A stretch of DNA of 63,889 nucleotides, counting the filler, from Candidatus Woesearchaeota archaeon (GTDB lineage Archaea > Nanobdellota > Nanobdellia > Woesearchaeales > B72-G16): assembly GCA_003650545.1 (NCBI GenBank). It is 6 parts of 4 records of this genome, joined end to end, with 100 filler letters (N's around TTAATTAATTAA, not from the genome) between each part and the next. Parts side by side here need not be neighbours in the genome. Positions count along the whole stretch, not along the records: positions 33,056 to 48,157 come from QMQO01000003.1; positions 48,258 to 56,931 come from QMQO01000003.1; 4 more parts are not named here. One strand, 5' to 3'. The stretch's first letter is position 1. Each line of letters opens with the position of its first letter. This document shows positions 41,261-51,258 of the stretch, piece by piece. Below the pieces are notes generated by a model, which was given only the letters and a program-made list of their open reading frames with translations, was not told the DNA's origin and ran no database searches. Both the position numbers and the translations under genes were made by a program.

Positions 41261-42258
41261 TATGAAGCTCCTCCTTGTTGATGTATGGCTTGTTCTAAAC
41301 TGTTTAGAGAGTGCTCTAGTTCATCGCTTAGCGTTCTAATATCATTTAAGTAATATTCTATTTCATTTACCCCACTGATAATATTGTTAAGGCTTTCATT
41401 AACATTATTATTTAAATGTTCTATAGCTTCTAAAATAGGTCTTTCCCTGTCAACCATTGATTGTGCTCGACTGGCAGCTCTACCTCGACCCCGTTCTCCA
41501 CCTTGTTCTAGACCCTGTTCTCCACCTTCTGGCTGCTCTGGCTGAGGTAGAGGTTGAGCTGACCGACGTGGAGGTTGAGATGGTCCAGGATGTCGTCTGG
41601 CTCTTCTTCTCTCTAGTAAGTTCCCTGCACGATTAATAAGACTCTCTCCACCAAGAAAACTCCATCTTCCAAATAATGCTAATATAAGAGCTATGATAGA
41701 AATCAAAAAAAGTAAACTTGCTATAGAATTTATAATACCTGCTTCATCTATGATGTTTGACCTAAACAAATATGGTTTTATGATTGCCCAAGGAAATAGA
41801 TAAAAAAACACAAATGCAGCTGCATATAAGTAAGCTCCACTTAAGTTGAATATGTGCTCTAATAGTCTTGCAATGATAACTGTAATAAATAAACCTAGAA
41901 TTAAGTATGCAATCCAACCAAAATCACCCAAGGTTTTGTTTATGTTTTTCATAAACACAAACATCCCGATAGATAAAATTATACCCATAACTGTTCCCAG
42001 GACTCTAGCTTGTCTAGTATCACCCATCTGTGTGTGCGATAATGCATACTGACACACTGATATAAAAAACGCAAGATACAGCAACAAATCAACATACGAA
42101 GCATGTGTTTGATAAAGTTTGTCTAAACTTCCTGTTAGTCTGCTGAACTGAGTAATCACCTGATCAAAACCTGTGTCTTGAGCATAAGATATGCTTGTTA
42201 ATAAGACAGAAGTCAATACCATAACTAGAAAAAATATTAAAAATTTCCTGTTGAGCAT
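41260..42258 (-). CDS. Multi-TM membrane protein with a C-terminal coiled coil
   Basis: Signal peptide, ~5 TM segments, P/Q/E/G linker, helical tail. Confidence 0.7.
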   Translation of the reverse strand: MLNRKFLIFFLVMVLTSVLLTSISYAQDTGFDQVITQFSRLTGSLDKLYQTHASYVDLLLYLAFFISVCQYALSHTQMGDTRQARVLGTVMGIILSIGMFVFMKNINKTLGDFGWIAYLILGLFITVIIARLLEHIFNLSGAYLYAAAFVFFYLFPWAIIKPYLFRSNIIDEAGIINSIASLLFLISIIALILALFGRWSFLGGESLINRAGNLLERRRARRHPGPSQPPRRSAQPLPQPEQPEGGEQGLEQGGERGRGRAASRAQSMVDRERPILEAIEHLNNNVNESLNNIISGVNEIEYYLNDIRTLSDELEHSLNSLEQAIHQQGGAS

Positions 42259-42368
42259 TGCATCACCCTTTTGTTAATTACTATATTAAAATGCTTTATA
42301 AATATTTCTATTATTACTATTGAATAAATTTGCTACTATATGGTGATTAAGTATAGAAATATTTATAA

Positions 42369-43538
42369 ATGTTTAGTAGTAACACTTATTGGGGAAAAAT
42401 GACTAATAATGAAAATTCTAGCGAGGAAAATGGTAATGGAAATAATGCTAATGGTAATGATAAACAATATATAGACAGTAACCCTTTTGTTAAAGCTTTG
42501 TTAGTTTGTTTTTTTGCATTTCTTGGTTTAGTTGGTGCAATGAGAGGTTGCGATGTTGAGCTTGGTAGAAGAGAGGTTTTCCGTGACAGAGGCTATATTG
42601 TTGAGAGTGAGACAATACCAATTGAGGGTAGAATCTCAACAAGCATAAAAGATTTTCAGTATGATAATTTAATTGCAAGAGCAGCAACAAGATACAATGT
42701 CAGTCCGCATGACATACGCGGTATCATCAGGTTAGAGTCAAATTTTAACCCAAATGCAACGCATCGCAACCATAACGGCAAAACAGCTCGTGGGTTGATG
42801 CAGGTAACTGATAATACTGGTAGGTCTCATTGTGGTGTGTGGGGCCAAGCTCTTTATGATCCTGCTAAAAACATAGACTGTGGCACAAGTTATTATAGTA
42901 CACAACTAAAAAGATTTAACTCTAAGGAGATGGCATTAGCAGCGTATTTCACAGGCCCGAATAATGTGGCTAATGGCAATTGGAATAATACAAGTGATGG
43001 TAACTTGACTACTCCTAATTATATCAAAAAAGTGATGCACAACATTGAAATGTACGAGCACATGTTTAGAGAACGCGATTATTTTGCAAATCCGTTATGC
43101 GATGACACTATGCTTGTTATCACAGATGATTTTAATGCTAAACGAGGCAGAAGATCAAGACATGGTGCAGTTGATATTGATATGCCTGATGATGAGACAG
43201 CTTATGTCTGCGCTAGTATTGACGGTTATGTTAGTATAGGTTACGAAGGCCAATTTAGATATGTTCAGATCAATAATAGTAATCTTGGCTTAGCTGTACG
43301 CTATGTTGATTCAGCTGATAATATGGTTAGAAATGGTGAGTATGTTTCTAGAGGTGAAAGGATAATGAAACAAGGCACGCATGGCTCGGGTAAACACGCT
43401 CACATAGAAATATATCGCCAAGGCAAAAGAGTGGATCCTATGTTTTATCTGAGCAAATTTCCTCATAAATACTCAACTGAGTTTGATAACATAGTAACAA
43501 GAGGAATTGGGGACTCGTATTCTTTTTTGTCTAACTAG
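42369..43538 (+). CDS. Membrane-anchored lytic transglycosylase (SLT) fused to an M23 peptidase
   Basis: IRLES.FNPNA, GLMQV, ALAAY..GP; HGAVD, GEYVSRGERI, HAHIEI, VDP. Confidence 0.88.
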   Translation: MFSSNTYWGKMTNNENSSEENGNGNNANGNDKQYIDSNPFVKALLVCFFAFLGLVGAMRGCDVELGRREVFRDRGYIVESETIPIEGRISTSIKDFQYDNLIARAATRYNVSPHDIRGIIRLESNFNPNATHRNHNGKTARGLMQVTDNTGRSHCGVWGQALYDPAKNIDCGTSYYSTQLKRFNSKEMALAAYFTGPNNVANGNWNNTSDGNLTTPNYIKKVMHNIEMYEHMFRERDYFANPLCDDTMLVITDDFNAKRGRRSRHGAVDIDMPDDETAYVCASIDGYVSIGYEGQFRYVQINNSNLGLAVRYVDSADNMVRNGEYVSRGERIMKQGTHGSGKHAHIEIYRQGKRVDPMFYLSKFPHKYSTEFDNIVTRGIGDSYSFLSN

Positions 43539-43543
43539 GCAAG

Positions 43544-43819
43544 CTACTTGATCTCTACCTTCTGGCTGATGCTTTGTCCAGGCATGCCTTTCTCAAAAAT
43601 AGCTCTGACAATGCCCTTGCTGCCGTGTGTTGCAGAAATCTTACCTTTTATTTCTCTTCCAGCAGGACTTTTCCAGCTAACCTCTTTACCTATAAGTTCT
43701 GTAGCTTTATCTTTAGAATTAATGCCTTCTACTGCTATAAGCATCTGATTGTTGTATTGTGTGTGTCTGCCACCCCTGAAGTTGACAATTGTCCCTTTCA
43801 TAGACATTTGGAATTGCAA
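43544..43819 (-). CDS. rpl35ae: 50S ribosomal protein L35Ae
   Basis: NFRGGRHTQ..NQM, GKISATHG..G.VRA.FEKGMPGQ. Confidence 0.93.
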   Translation of the reverse strand: MQFQMSMKGTIVNFRGGRHTQYNNQMLIAVEGINSKDKATELIGKEVSWKSPAGREIKGKISATHGSKGIVRAIFEKGMPGQSISQKVEIK

Positions 43820-43954
43820 GTTGTTTAAAAAGGTTTTCTTATTTAAGGTGCCTTAATTTAAAATCATAATTTGTTACTAAAGGATGAAACAAAATATTTT
43901 ATTAAAAATTTAAATAGTTTTATTGTTAGTGAGATTATTATTAGTACAAAATAT

Positions 43955-44470
43955 CTATAACTCATAAATGAACACAGGATTTCCTGGGTAGTCAAACAAT
44001 TGTTTTTCCTTAAAACTTGGTAAAAACACAGGATTAGCCACTATTAAAACACCTTTGAACTCTTGCAACAGCTTGTTTTCTAGTCCACGATAGAAAGGTT
44101 TATCCGGGTTGATAAATAGTACATCAAACACAGAAAGATCAATCTTTGTGAAGTCTGTTCTGATAAATTTTGCTTTGCTTCTGAGAGCTTTTTTATTTTT
44201 TTTAGCTAGATTAATGAGCTTATTGTCCAGTTCAAAGCCCACAGCCTTAGTAAAAACAGAGGCTAGTATGACAACTCTGCCGTCTCCACTTCCTAAGTCA
44301 GCAAATGACTCGAATCTTGATAGATTTATGTTTTTGAACACATCTAATAGATCACTTAAAACGCTGATTCCAAAGAAACCAGCTTCAGTTTCACCAATCA
44401 GATGTTTTCCTTGCATTAGTAAGGTCTTGTCGGTTTTCTCAAAATAATCTAATATTTGTTTTGTATTCAT
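43955..44470 (-). CDS. Class I SAM-dependent methyltransferase
   Basis: DLGSGDGR, GFELD. Confidence 0.85.
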   Translation of the reverse strand: MNTKQILDYFEKTDKTLLMQGKHLIGETEAGFFGISVLSDLLDVFKNINLSRFESFADLGSGDGRVVILASVFTKAVGFELDNKLINLAKKNKKALRSKAKFIRTDFTKIDLSVFDVLFINPDKPFYRGLENKLLQEFKGVLIVANPVFLPSFKEKQLFDYPGNPVFIYEL

Positions 44471-44527
44471 TGTAAATATTATAAATTTGTAAATTGAAAA
44501 AAAATTTTTTATTTAGATCATAAGAAA

Positions 44528-46486
44528 TTATTCAAGTCTAACACCGCTCCACAGAGTCCACTCATTTGGATCAGGAGAATGTTCTCCAAAATGATAATAT
44601 GGAGTTTGTGTTCTTCCAAAATAACCTTCCTGTATGTTTGTCCATGCAGTTGTCATTCCAGGCGGACTAGGAGCCAAACCACCAGTCATGATTTGTCTTT
44701 CCCTAGTTATTGGCGAGCCTAATGCTTCCCACATCTTTGTTAACATCCTGCGATCGCCCTCAGCATAGCCTTCTGAGATCATCTTTCCCTTAAAACCTTT
44801 CTTTTTTAGATAGTCCACAGCTTCAGGAATAGGGTGAACTCCAGAACCAACAGGTAGATGTGTATGTCCATAACCAAACCCATCAACTAGGTGTATGTGC
44901 CCAAGCACGCCTGCTTTCTGTAGCTTCTTAACCTGATCCATGTACCATTTATTAAAGCGTTTATCGGTTTGTTCTTCTGTTTCTCCTGGTTTTGGTATGA
45001 AGTGTTTTCTCCACATCCCCATGTGCTGGGTGTCAAATGTAGCTTTTATGTGCTCTTCAGCCTCTTTTCTGGCACGCGCTTCAGACATTCCAGGATATTT
45101 TTTTCGTAATTCTTCAACCATTTTCTTTCTTGCACCATGTACCAGCTCTATGAGCTCATCTGGATGCGATCCATAACCCATCTCTGGAAAGATGTTTTCA
45201 GGAGCTACAAAGATATCCTTTTTCAAGCCGCGTTCATGCGTCTTGTTCATAGCCATTATGCCAAGCTCTGCTAAGGATTGCATACTCTTATCCTTGCCGA
45301 ACTCTTCAATTGGCACTGCTTTTTTAACAGCATCCATATACATACGAGCCTGTTTTCTTCCAGAAATTGCAAGTTCTCTGCCATAAGCTATGTTTCTTTC
45401 ATTTTCATTAAGAAGGTCCCTAAAATAATCCACAGGGTCTACAACTTCGTCTGGCAAAAATAGACCACCTGGAACCTTTTTCCTATATTCTGCAACCCAC
45501 TTTTCCTTAGGAACATGCTCTTTTATCTTTTTGAAGAACTCTAAGGCCTTGAGAATTCTGTCTCTCTCTTCTAAACCTTTAAAATAATGCTTTTCATATT
45601 CTCTTGCACTTCCAAGAGCATGGCTAACCTCTGCCTGTTGCTGCATTTTGAAAAAATCTTTTACAATATCATTCATCTTCCATCCTTGTTTAAGCTTCTC
45701 TTCTTTAAAATCACGAAACTTTAACTTCTGTGTTTTTACATTACCTTTCTCATCATACTCGAAAATAGGGATTTTTTCTTCAGTAAATTCATCGATCACT
45801 GGTTTTCCATCTTCACCAAGCAAAAACATCTCATTACCATACTTGTCTTTCTTTGGGATGGGCATCCATACTTCTTGTTTGTCTGCAACAGACTCGATTA
45901 TCCTGCCTGTTGTTGGGTCAACTAGATGATAAATAGCATCTTCTTCTTCGCCTGTATATTGCTTGAAATCTCTATACTTATCGTAAATAGTTCTTGGAAA
46001 TTCTCCTGTGTGCACTACAACAGCTTCTGCACCAACATCAGCAGCCATGTCGATGGCTTTTTTGACTTCACTAACCTCCCTGAAACGTTCTTCTTCTGAA
46101 AAACGTCTTTGTTGATAGTTAATCCCTGAAACATTGCCTATAACCTGTGGCGAAACATGAACAGAGGATAGCTCAACTCCAGAAGCTTTTGCAATCTCTC
46201 TAAGCTCCTGTCTTTTTTCTGTCCCATAGTCTTCGATGGCTGCACCAGGCTCTCCTTCTCCTGGACCAGGCTGCAGCTCTATAACACCAGCACCAGCTCT
46301 TATAGCTGAGGTTACTGTCTGAATAAAATCGCCTTTGCCACGACCAGCTATAACACTCTGGCCAACCTCTGCAACAGAGATTGGTCTTTCTATCCTATCA
46401 CTAGGCTGCATGCTAGCAATATCATTGCTTTCAAAATACTCCCTGTCCATTGGGTGATAGTACGCATGTGGATCGTATAGTACCAT
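44528..46486 (-). CDS. Xylose isomerase/AP endonuclease 2-like TIM barrel with a large insertion
   Basis: IEL, SVH, VVVHTGE, APEN, TFDTQH, HIHLVD, H...G.G, ISE. Confidence 0.8.
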   Translation of the reverse strand: MVLYDPHAYYHPMDREYFESNDIASMQPSDRIERPISVAEVGQSVIAGRGKGDFIQTVTSAIRAGAGVIELQPGPGEGEPGAAIEDYGTEKRQELREIAKASGVELSSVHVSPQVIGNVSGINYQQRRFSEEERFREVSEVKKAIDMAADVGAEAVVVHTGEFPRTIYDKYRDFKQYTGEEEDAIYHLVDPTTGRIIESVADKQEVWMPIPKKDKYGNEMFLLGEDGKPVIDEFTEEKIPIFEYDEKGNVKTQKLKFRDFKEEKLKQGWKMNDIVKDFFKMQQQAEVSHALGSAREYEKHYFKGLEERDRILKALEFFKKIKEHVPKEKWVAEYRKKVPGGLFLPDEVVDPVDYFRDLLNENERNIAYGRELAISGRKQARMYMDAVKKAVPIEEFGKDKSMQSLAELGIMAMNKTHERGLKKDIFVAPENIFPEMGYGSHPDELIELVHGARKKMVEELRKKYPGMSEARARKEAEEHIKATFDTQHMGMWRKHFIPKPGETEEQTDKRFNKWYMDQVKKLQKAGVLGHIHLVDGFGYGHTHLPVGSGVHPIPEAVDYLKKKGFKGKMISEGYAEGDRRMLTKMWEALGSPITRERQIMTGGLAPSPPGMTTAWTNIQEGYFGRTQTPYYHFGEHSPDPNEWTLWSGVRLE

Positions 46487-46734
46487 TTTTTAGTTTGGTC
46501 TTATTCTATGCTAATAAGTAAATCTTAGCTTGTGGCAAACCAGCTATTTAAGCCTATTTAAGCCCTAAATCTGTTATAAACTGGTTTGATATTTTTTGCC
46601 TTTTATTTGTCTAATAAAAATAATTTATTTTTTATTATTATTTTCTAGTATTTAAATTATTCTATATATGTTTTTGTATTTTGGTGACAGAAAAATCATA
46701 GCAGATCCTCAATTTTTACATAGTCTATCAATAA

Positions 46735-47358
46735 TTAAAGATTCCAGTCCATTCTATAGATGATGCTTCTTAAGGCTTGTTTAGCAGAGTCTAATCTTTC
46801 TATCTCTTCCTTAGCTTTATCTCGATACTTTGCACTGGTGTTATATTGCTCTGCTAGAAGGCTATTAACCTCATTATAAATATTAGAGACAACAACCCTG
46901 TACTGATCATTTAGCTGATGCTCTTGCGCCTGTTGCATCCATGTCTCAAGCCTGTTAGAACCTTGTTGTGATATGATGTAAGCTACACTTTCCCGCGCTG
47001 TGAATGCTTGGTAATTCTGGATAAATGATGCTTCATCTGTTATCTGTTGATCTTCTAGCTTTTTCATAGACATATTTTTTACAGAATCTTCAAGAGTTTC
47101 TTCAATTCTTCTGTTCACTTCGCCTCTTTTCCGTTCTACTTCTTCAACTATCATGTTTTCTCTCTGTTTTTTAACAATTTCTTCAAAAGATTCTCTAATC
47201 ATTTTTTCTGCTTTTTCTATATCTTCTTTTTTTTTCTTTTCGAGTTCTTCTAGTTCTTTTTTTCTTTTTTCTTCAAGCTGCGTGATCCGTTCTATACGCT
47301 CTTCTGGAGAGAGCAGCTTAAGTTCTTCTAGTATGTTGTTTATTTCGTCATCTGCCAT
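46735..47358 (-). CDS. Coiled-coil hypothetical protein
   Basis: SPEERIERI.QLEEKRKKE. Confidence 0.7.
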   Translation of the reverse strand: MADDEINNILEELKLLSPEERIERITQLEEKRKKELEELEKKKKEDIEKAEKMIRESFEEIVKKQRENMIVEEVERKRGEVNRRIEETLEDSVKNMSMKKLEDQQITDEASFIQNYQAFTARESVAYIISQQGSNRLETWMQQAQEHQLNDQYRVVVSNIYNEVNSLLAEQYNTSAKYRDKAKEEIERLDSAKQALRSIIYRMDWNL

Positions 47359-47579
47359 ATAGAAAGATCATTGATTTTCAGCTTTATAAATATTTAGGTT
47401 GTATATAACATTTCTATTATAACTTATTTTTTATTTCTTATTTTTTATTTCTATATGATTCTCTTGCTTCTCTCCAAGAAATTCCTTTTTACCAGCATTT
47501 TGATTTATCATAATATTTATCTATGTTTTCAAGAAGTTCTTTTTATTTTTGCGGTTAATTTGTTTCAATCTTTACACTC

Positions 47580-47972
47580 TCACATTAATACAGACCGATC
47601 ATGCACGCTATCTACTAACAAATCAAACTCTTCATCTAAATTCTTCAAGTTATTTGGAATTCTTTCTTTGATAGTTATACTTATATTCTTCTTACATTCA
47701 TCAACTAACTCATCGTCGTATTTATGATTATTCTGGATAGTGTCTATGTCGGATATAATGTCTTCAATATCTATTAGTAACTTATCAAGATATGAAATAG
47801 GGTGATGTTTTTTTTCGACGAAGACTTTAAACTTTTCTATTTCTGATTTGATAATATTGGCTTCGGATTTTTCAGGTGTGATATTTATTAATTTTTTCCT
47901 CAGTTCTAAATATTTATCATGAATAAATACGACTTCTCTCTGTCTTTCTTTAAATTGTTTAAATTTAACCAT
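47580..47972 (-). CDS. Hypothetical protein
   Basis: ORF starting MVKFKQ just after the upstream stop. Confidence 0.6.
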   Translation of the reverse strand: MVKFKQFKERQREVVFIHDKYLELRKKLINITPEKSEANIIKSEIEKFKVFVEKKHHPISYLDKLLIDIEDIISDIDTIQNNHKYDDELVDECKKNISITIKERIPNNLKNLDEEFDLLVDSVHDRSVLM

Positions 47973-47976
47973 CCTT

Positions 47977-48156
47977 CTACAACCTCGCAATCTTCCCTGC
48001 GTCTGTCAGCTTTAATCCATCTTCAGTAGATATCAAATCCATATCTCTTAACTCGTCTATATTCCTATATAACATAGCTCTAGATGTATCAATTTTCTCA
48101 GCCAGCTCAACTAAAGATAACTTAGCGTATTTTGGATTAGCAACCGCTTCCAATAA
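47977..48156 (-). CDS. C-terminal wHTH fragment, possibly Csa3-like
   Basis: SLVELAEKIDTSRAMLYRNIDELRDMDLI...LTDAGKIARL; 5' part lost at contig end. Confidence 0.6.
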   Translation of the reverse strand, partial: LLEAVANPKYAKLSLVELAEKIDTSRAMLYRNIDELRDMDLISTEDGLKLTDAGKIARL

Positions 48157-48342
48157 CNNNNNNNNNNNNNNNNNNNNNNNNNNNNNNNNNNNNNNNNNNN
48201 NTTAATTAATTAANNNNNNNNNNNNNNNNNNNNNNNNNNNNNNNNNNNNNNNNNNNNTACTTTTTAAATGTTGTTTTTTTGTCTATGATAATAATATTTT
48301 AAAAATTCTAGAATTATCTGACCTTATCATCATGCTATGTAC

Positions 48343-49047
48343 TTAATAGCATACTTTGTATTTTTTATTTTTACTTTTACTAAGAATGTGGTTCAAACCT
48401 AGCTTAATATAAGAATAAACATGAGAATAAGGATACCTAGCATTTGGATGTGGAACATCAACTAGCGCAGAATTATTGTATCTAAAAAAATGCATTCCGT
48501 TTGGTGTTACTTCTAGATCAGATTCTTTAATAACACCGTTCTTAATGAACAAATCTTTGACTAAATAGTATGTTCCTCCGCATAATGCTATATCTGGTTG
48601 TATGATATCTATCTCAGATTTCCACATCTTGAAATTTTTTTCTGCATGGGGCTTTATCTTTTCATCACTTGTTGAAGATTTTCCTGCTGTTTTCTTAAGA
48701 TTTACTATTGCTATTGATAAAAGACTTTCAGCCAGATCTTCTCCAGGTATCCATTGCTCGGATGCATAATCTGGAAATCCTTCCAAAATATAGTGCGATA
48801 TAGTCGCCATCTTTGTTATGGTTGGATAAGACGCTCCTTTTTCCTTAAGTTTTCTTGCAAAATACCTCCCAGCATCTCTCAAATCCCATTGCTCTGTTTC
48901 AAGAGCATTGACGTCTTTTAGAAGGTACAGTATCTTTGGATTAGCTGAAAGAAATCTTTCCTCGTCTATCACACCATCGGGAAAAAAATTGGGGCCTAGA
49001 TGCGACTCAAAAAGTGTGTTTAATCTCTCTGTTAATGTACCTTCCAT
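48343..49047 (-). CDS. Uracil-DNA-glycosylase-like fold hypothetical protein
   Basis: KILYLLKD.N, IVNLKK, EIDIIQPDIALCGG, HPNAR. Confidence 0.6.
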   Translation of the reverse strand: MEGTLTERLNTLFESHLGPNFFPDGVIDEERFLSANPKILYLLKDVNALETEQWDLRDAGRYFARKLKEKGASYPTITKMATISHYILEGFPDYASEQWIPGEDLAESLLSIAIVNLKKTAGKSSTSDEKIKPHAEKNFKMWKSEIDIIQPDIALCGGTYYLVKDLFIKNGVIKESDLEVTPNGMHFFRYNNSALVDVPHPNARYPYSHVYSYIKLGLNHILSKSKNKKYKVCY

Positions 49048-49432
49048 AAATATGGATATCGACGCTGAGCTTTTAAATTTTTATATACTAAAATATCCAT
49101 TGACCTAAATTCCTGAATCAATATGTAGAATGCAACACGAGTTATTTTTTTTCTAATTTTTGGTGTATTGTGAGCATGAACACTCGAACATTCCACAAGA
49201 AACTAAATACCAGAATATCATATTAATAATAAATTTCATTAATGAAAATTCAACTACTGGAACTGTTTTCACTGTAGATATAAAAACTCTCAATTGACTA
49301 AAAATCTAATGGCAAAACCAATAATTCTTGCATTAAGAACACGGGTTGATGAAAAAATCATATATTCAAACCACCCATTAACAATAAGAATATGACAAGA
49401 AATATAAATCAGATAAATTTTTAATTAGAATC

Positions 49433-50101
49433 GTGACACTAAGAATTTGTTTGATTGGAGCAGGCGACATAAAGTATCATTATTTTAACCTACTTAAGGT
49501 AAAAGAAGAAGAATTTAAAAAAGAAATAGAAGCTATAGCAAAGATAATAGTTAATAGTGGTTATGAAATAGTTTTACTTCCAGATCGGGGAATTTCATTT
49601 GAAATTGCTAAAAGATATAAAAAACTTGGCAGGGGAAGAGTAATTGGAACAGTTCCTTTATCTGACAAAGATTTTGGAATAGACCATTTAAAATCATATA
49701 TGGAATCAAAAATAAAGAGGAAAAAAGTTTTTGATGAATTCATTGATACAGAAAATTGGTATAAACAGGATTTAACACATTGTATCTTTGGGGATGTTAT
49801 TTTTATGTTAGGTAATAGTTTAGGTTCTTTAGGAGAGTTAGTTTATGGATATTATTTATATAAGTTATTTATAGGTGACAAACCAGAAGTACAAGCGAAA
49901 AGAAAAGCGATACATCCAGAAGCAAGAGCAGGAGAAGATATACCTTATTCTGTAATTGTTTATAAGCCTTTTGTTAAAGAAAAACTAAATTATGAAATTG
50001 AAGAATATATACGAAAATTAAATGGGAAAATATATTATGTTAAGAATTCTGAAGAATTAAAAGCTGTATTAGAAAAACTAAAGACGCTGGCTCATAACTA
50101 A
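49433..50101 (+). CDS. Rossmann/SLOG-like nucleotide-binding protein
   Basis: ICLIGAG, PDRGIS, VIG.VP, LG.SLGSLGE. Confidence 0.55.
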   Translation: MTLRICLIGAGDIKYHYFNLLKVKEEEFKKEIEAIAKIIVNSGYEIVLLPDRGISFEIAKRYKKLGRGRVIGTVPLSDKDFGIDHLKSYMESKIKRKKVFDEFIDTENWYKQDLTHCIFGDVIFMLGNSLGSLGELVYGYYLYKLFIGDKPEVQAKRKAIHPEARAGEDIPYSVIVYKPFVKEKLNYEIEEYIRKLNGKIYYVKNSEELKAVLEKLKTLAHN

Positions 50102-50166
50102 ATATAACTTCAGGTCCTGTTTTGTGCCCAGAATAGAGGGAAGCAGAGCAAGTAAATTTTCAAAAA

Positions 50167-50529
50167 TTATTCCTCAATTTGGTAGAATTCTATGATATTA
50201 CCTTCTGTATCTTTTGCTTGAAAAAGATGATATTTTCCAATCTTTTTCAGTGGCAAAACAATTTCACAATTTTTACTTCTGATTAATTCTAACATTTTAT
50301 TAATATCTTCAACTAGAATATCTGGAACAACATTATTGCCACTGGAAATCATCTCATTGTCAATTTTTGGATTGAAAAGAAGGAAGGTAATGTTGTCAAA
50401 CTCAAACGAACTCATTCTTTCATCTTTGGAAAAGACTTTGACATCAAAGATATCTTCATAAAATTTTACCGCTCTATCCATATCCTGAACTGCTACATAA
50501 ATTGCTTTGATTTGTGGTTTCATAATCAC
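50167..50529 (-). CDS. VOC/glyoxalase family protein
   Basis: VQDMDRAVKFYEDIF...KDTEGNIIE. Confidence 0.9.
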   Translation of the reverse strand: MIMKPQIKAIYVAVQDMDRAVKFYEDIFDVKVFSKDERMSSFEFDNITFLLFNPKIDNEMISSGNNVVPDILVEDINKMLELIRSKNCEIVLPLKKIGKYHLFQAKDTEGNIIEFYQIEE

Positions 50530-50545
50530 AAGTTAGCTGTTGAGG

Positions 50546-50902
50546 TTAATAAATTTTTGGTTGATTCTTGAAAAACCTGAATAAAATCTCTGACTTTACA
50601 AAAGGGTTAGGATAAGATTCTTTAATATCTCTATAGAATTCTACTCTAAATGCTTTATAATCTGTAATACCTGCTTGAAGAGGATCTTCAACAACACACT
50701 TGATCTCTTCAACATAAAAAGCTTCGGTAGACAGAGGAATTCGTCGTTCCCTGAACCTCAAAGGATTATAAGCACCCCTACTTGAAAGAATGTTCTCTAT
50801 AGGCTCTTCAATTTCGATCTCACCAACTTTTTGTCCTTCAACTATCTTTCCATCTAAAGTTAATTCTCCATCTGAACTCTTCTTTAATACTTTCAAATCC
50901 AT
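50546..50902 (-). CDS. Hypothetical protein
   Basis: Likely start MDLKVL; TATA box upstream. Confidence 0.55.
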   Translation of the reverse strand: MDLKVLKKSSDGELTLDGKIVEGQKVGEIEIEEPIENILSSRGAYNPLRFRERRIPLSTEAFYVEEIKCVVEDPLQAGITDYKAFRVEFYRDIKESYPNPFVKSEILFRFFKNQPKIY

Positions 50903-50975
50903 AATTAGACATAGAAGAATAGAACAATATAAATATTTTGTTTTTTTATAAATAATGGTTGAAGGCATGGAAAAA

Positions 50976-51224
50976 TTACTTTTTAGAAGAAACGGGTTTC
51001 TCTTTCTTTTTTCCAATAATTAAACTCACAATTCCACCAACAATTAAAATTCCAACACTGGAGAGAACAAGCATGGCTTCTCTAGCTCGCCTAGCAGATT
51101 CACTAGCTATTATATCAGGTGGAGCATAAATAGGTGTAAACAAAGCTCCTATAAAAAAATAGAATATGAACATTAACCCTGCTAATACAAAACAAATTAT
51201 CGAAGCTTTTTTCCAAATAACCAT
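50976..51224 (-). CDS. Small two-TM protein
   Basis: Two hydrophobic helices. Confidence 0.6.
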   Translation of the reverse strand: MVIWKKASIICFVLAGLMFIFYFFIGALFTPIYAPPDIIASESARRAREAMLVLSSVGILIVGGIVSLIIGKKKEKPVSSKK

Positions 51225-51258
51225 AATATTATTAAAGAAGGGATTATTTAAATAGTTT

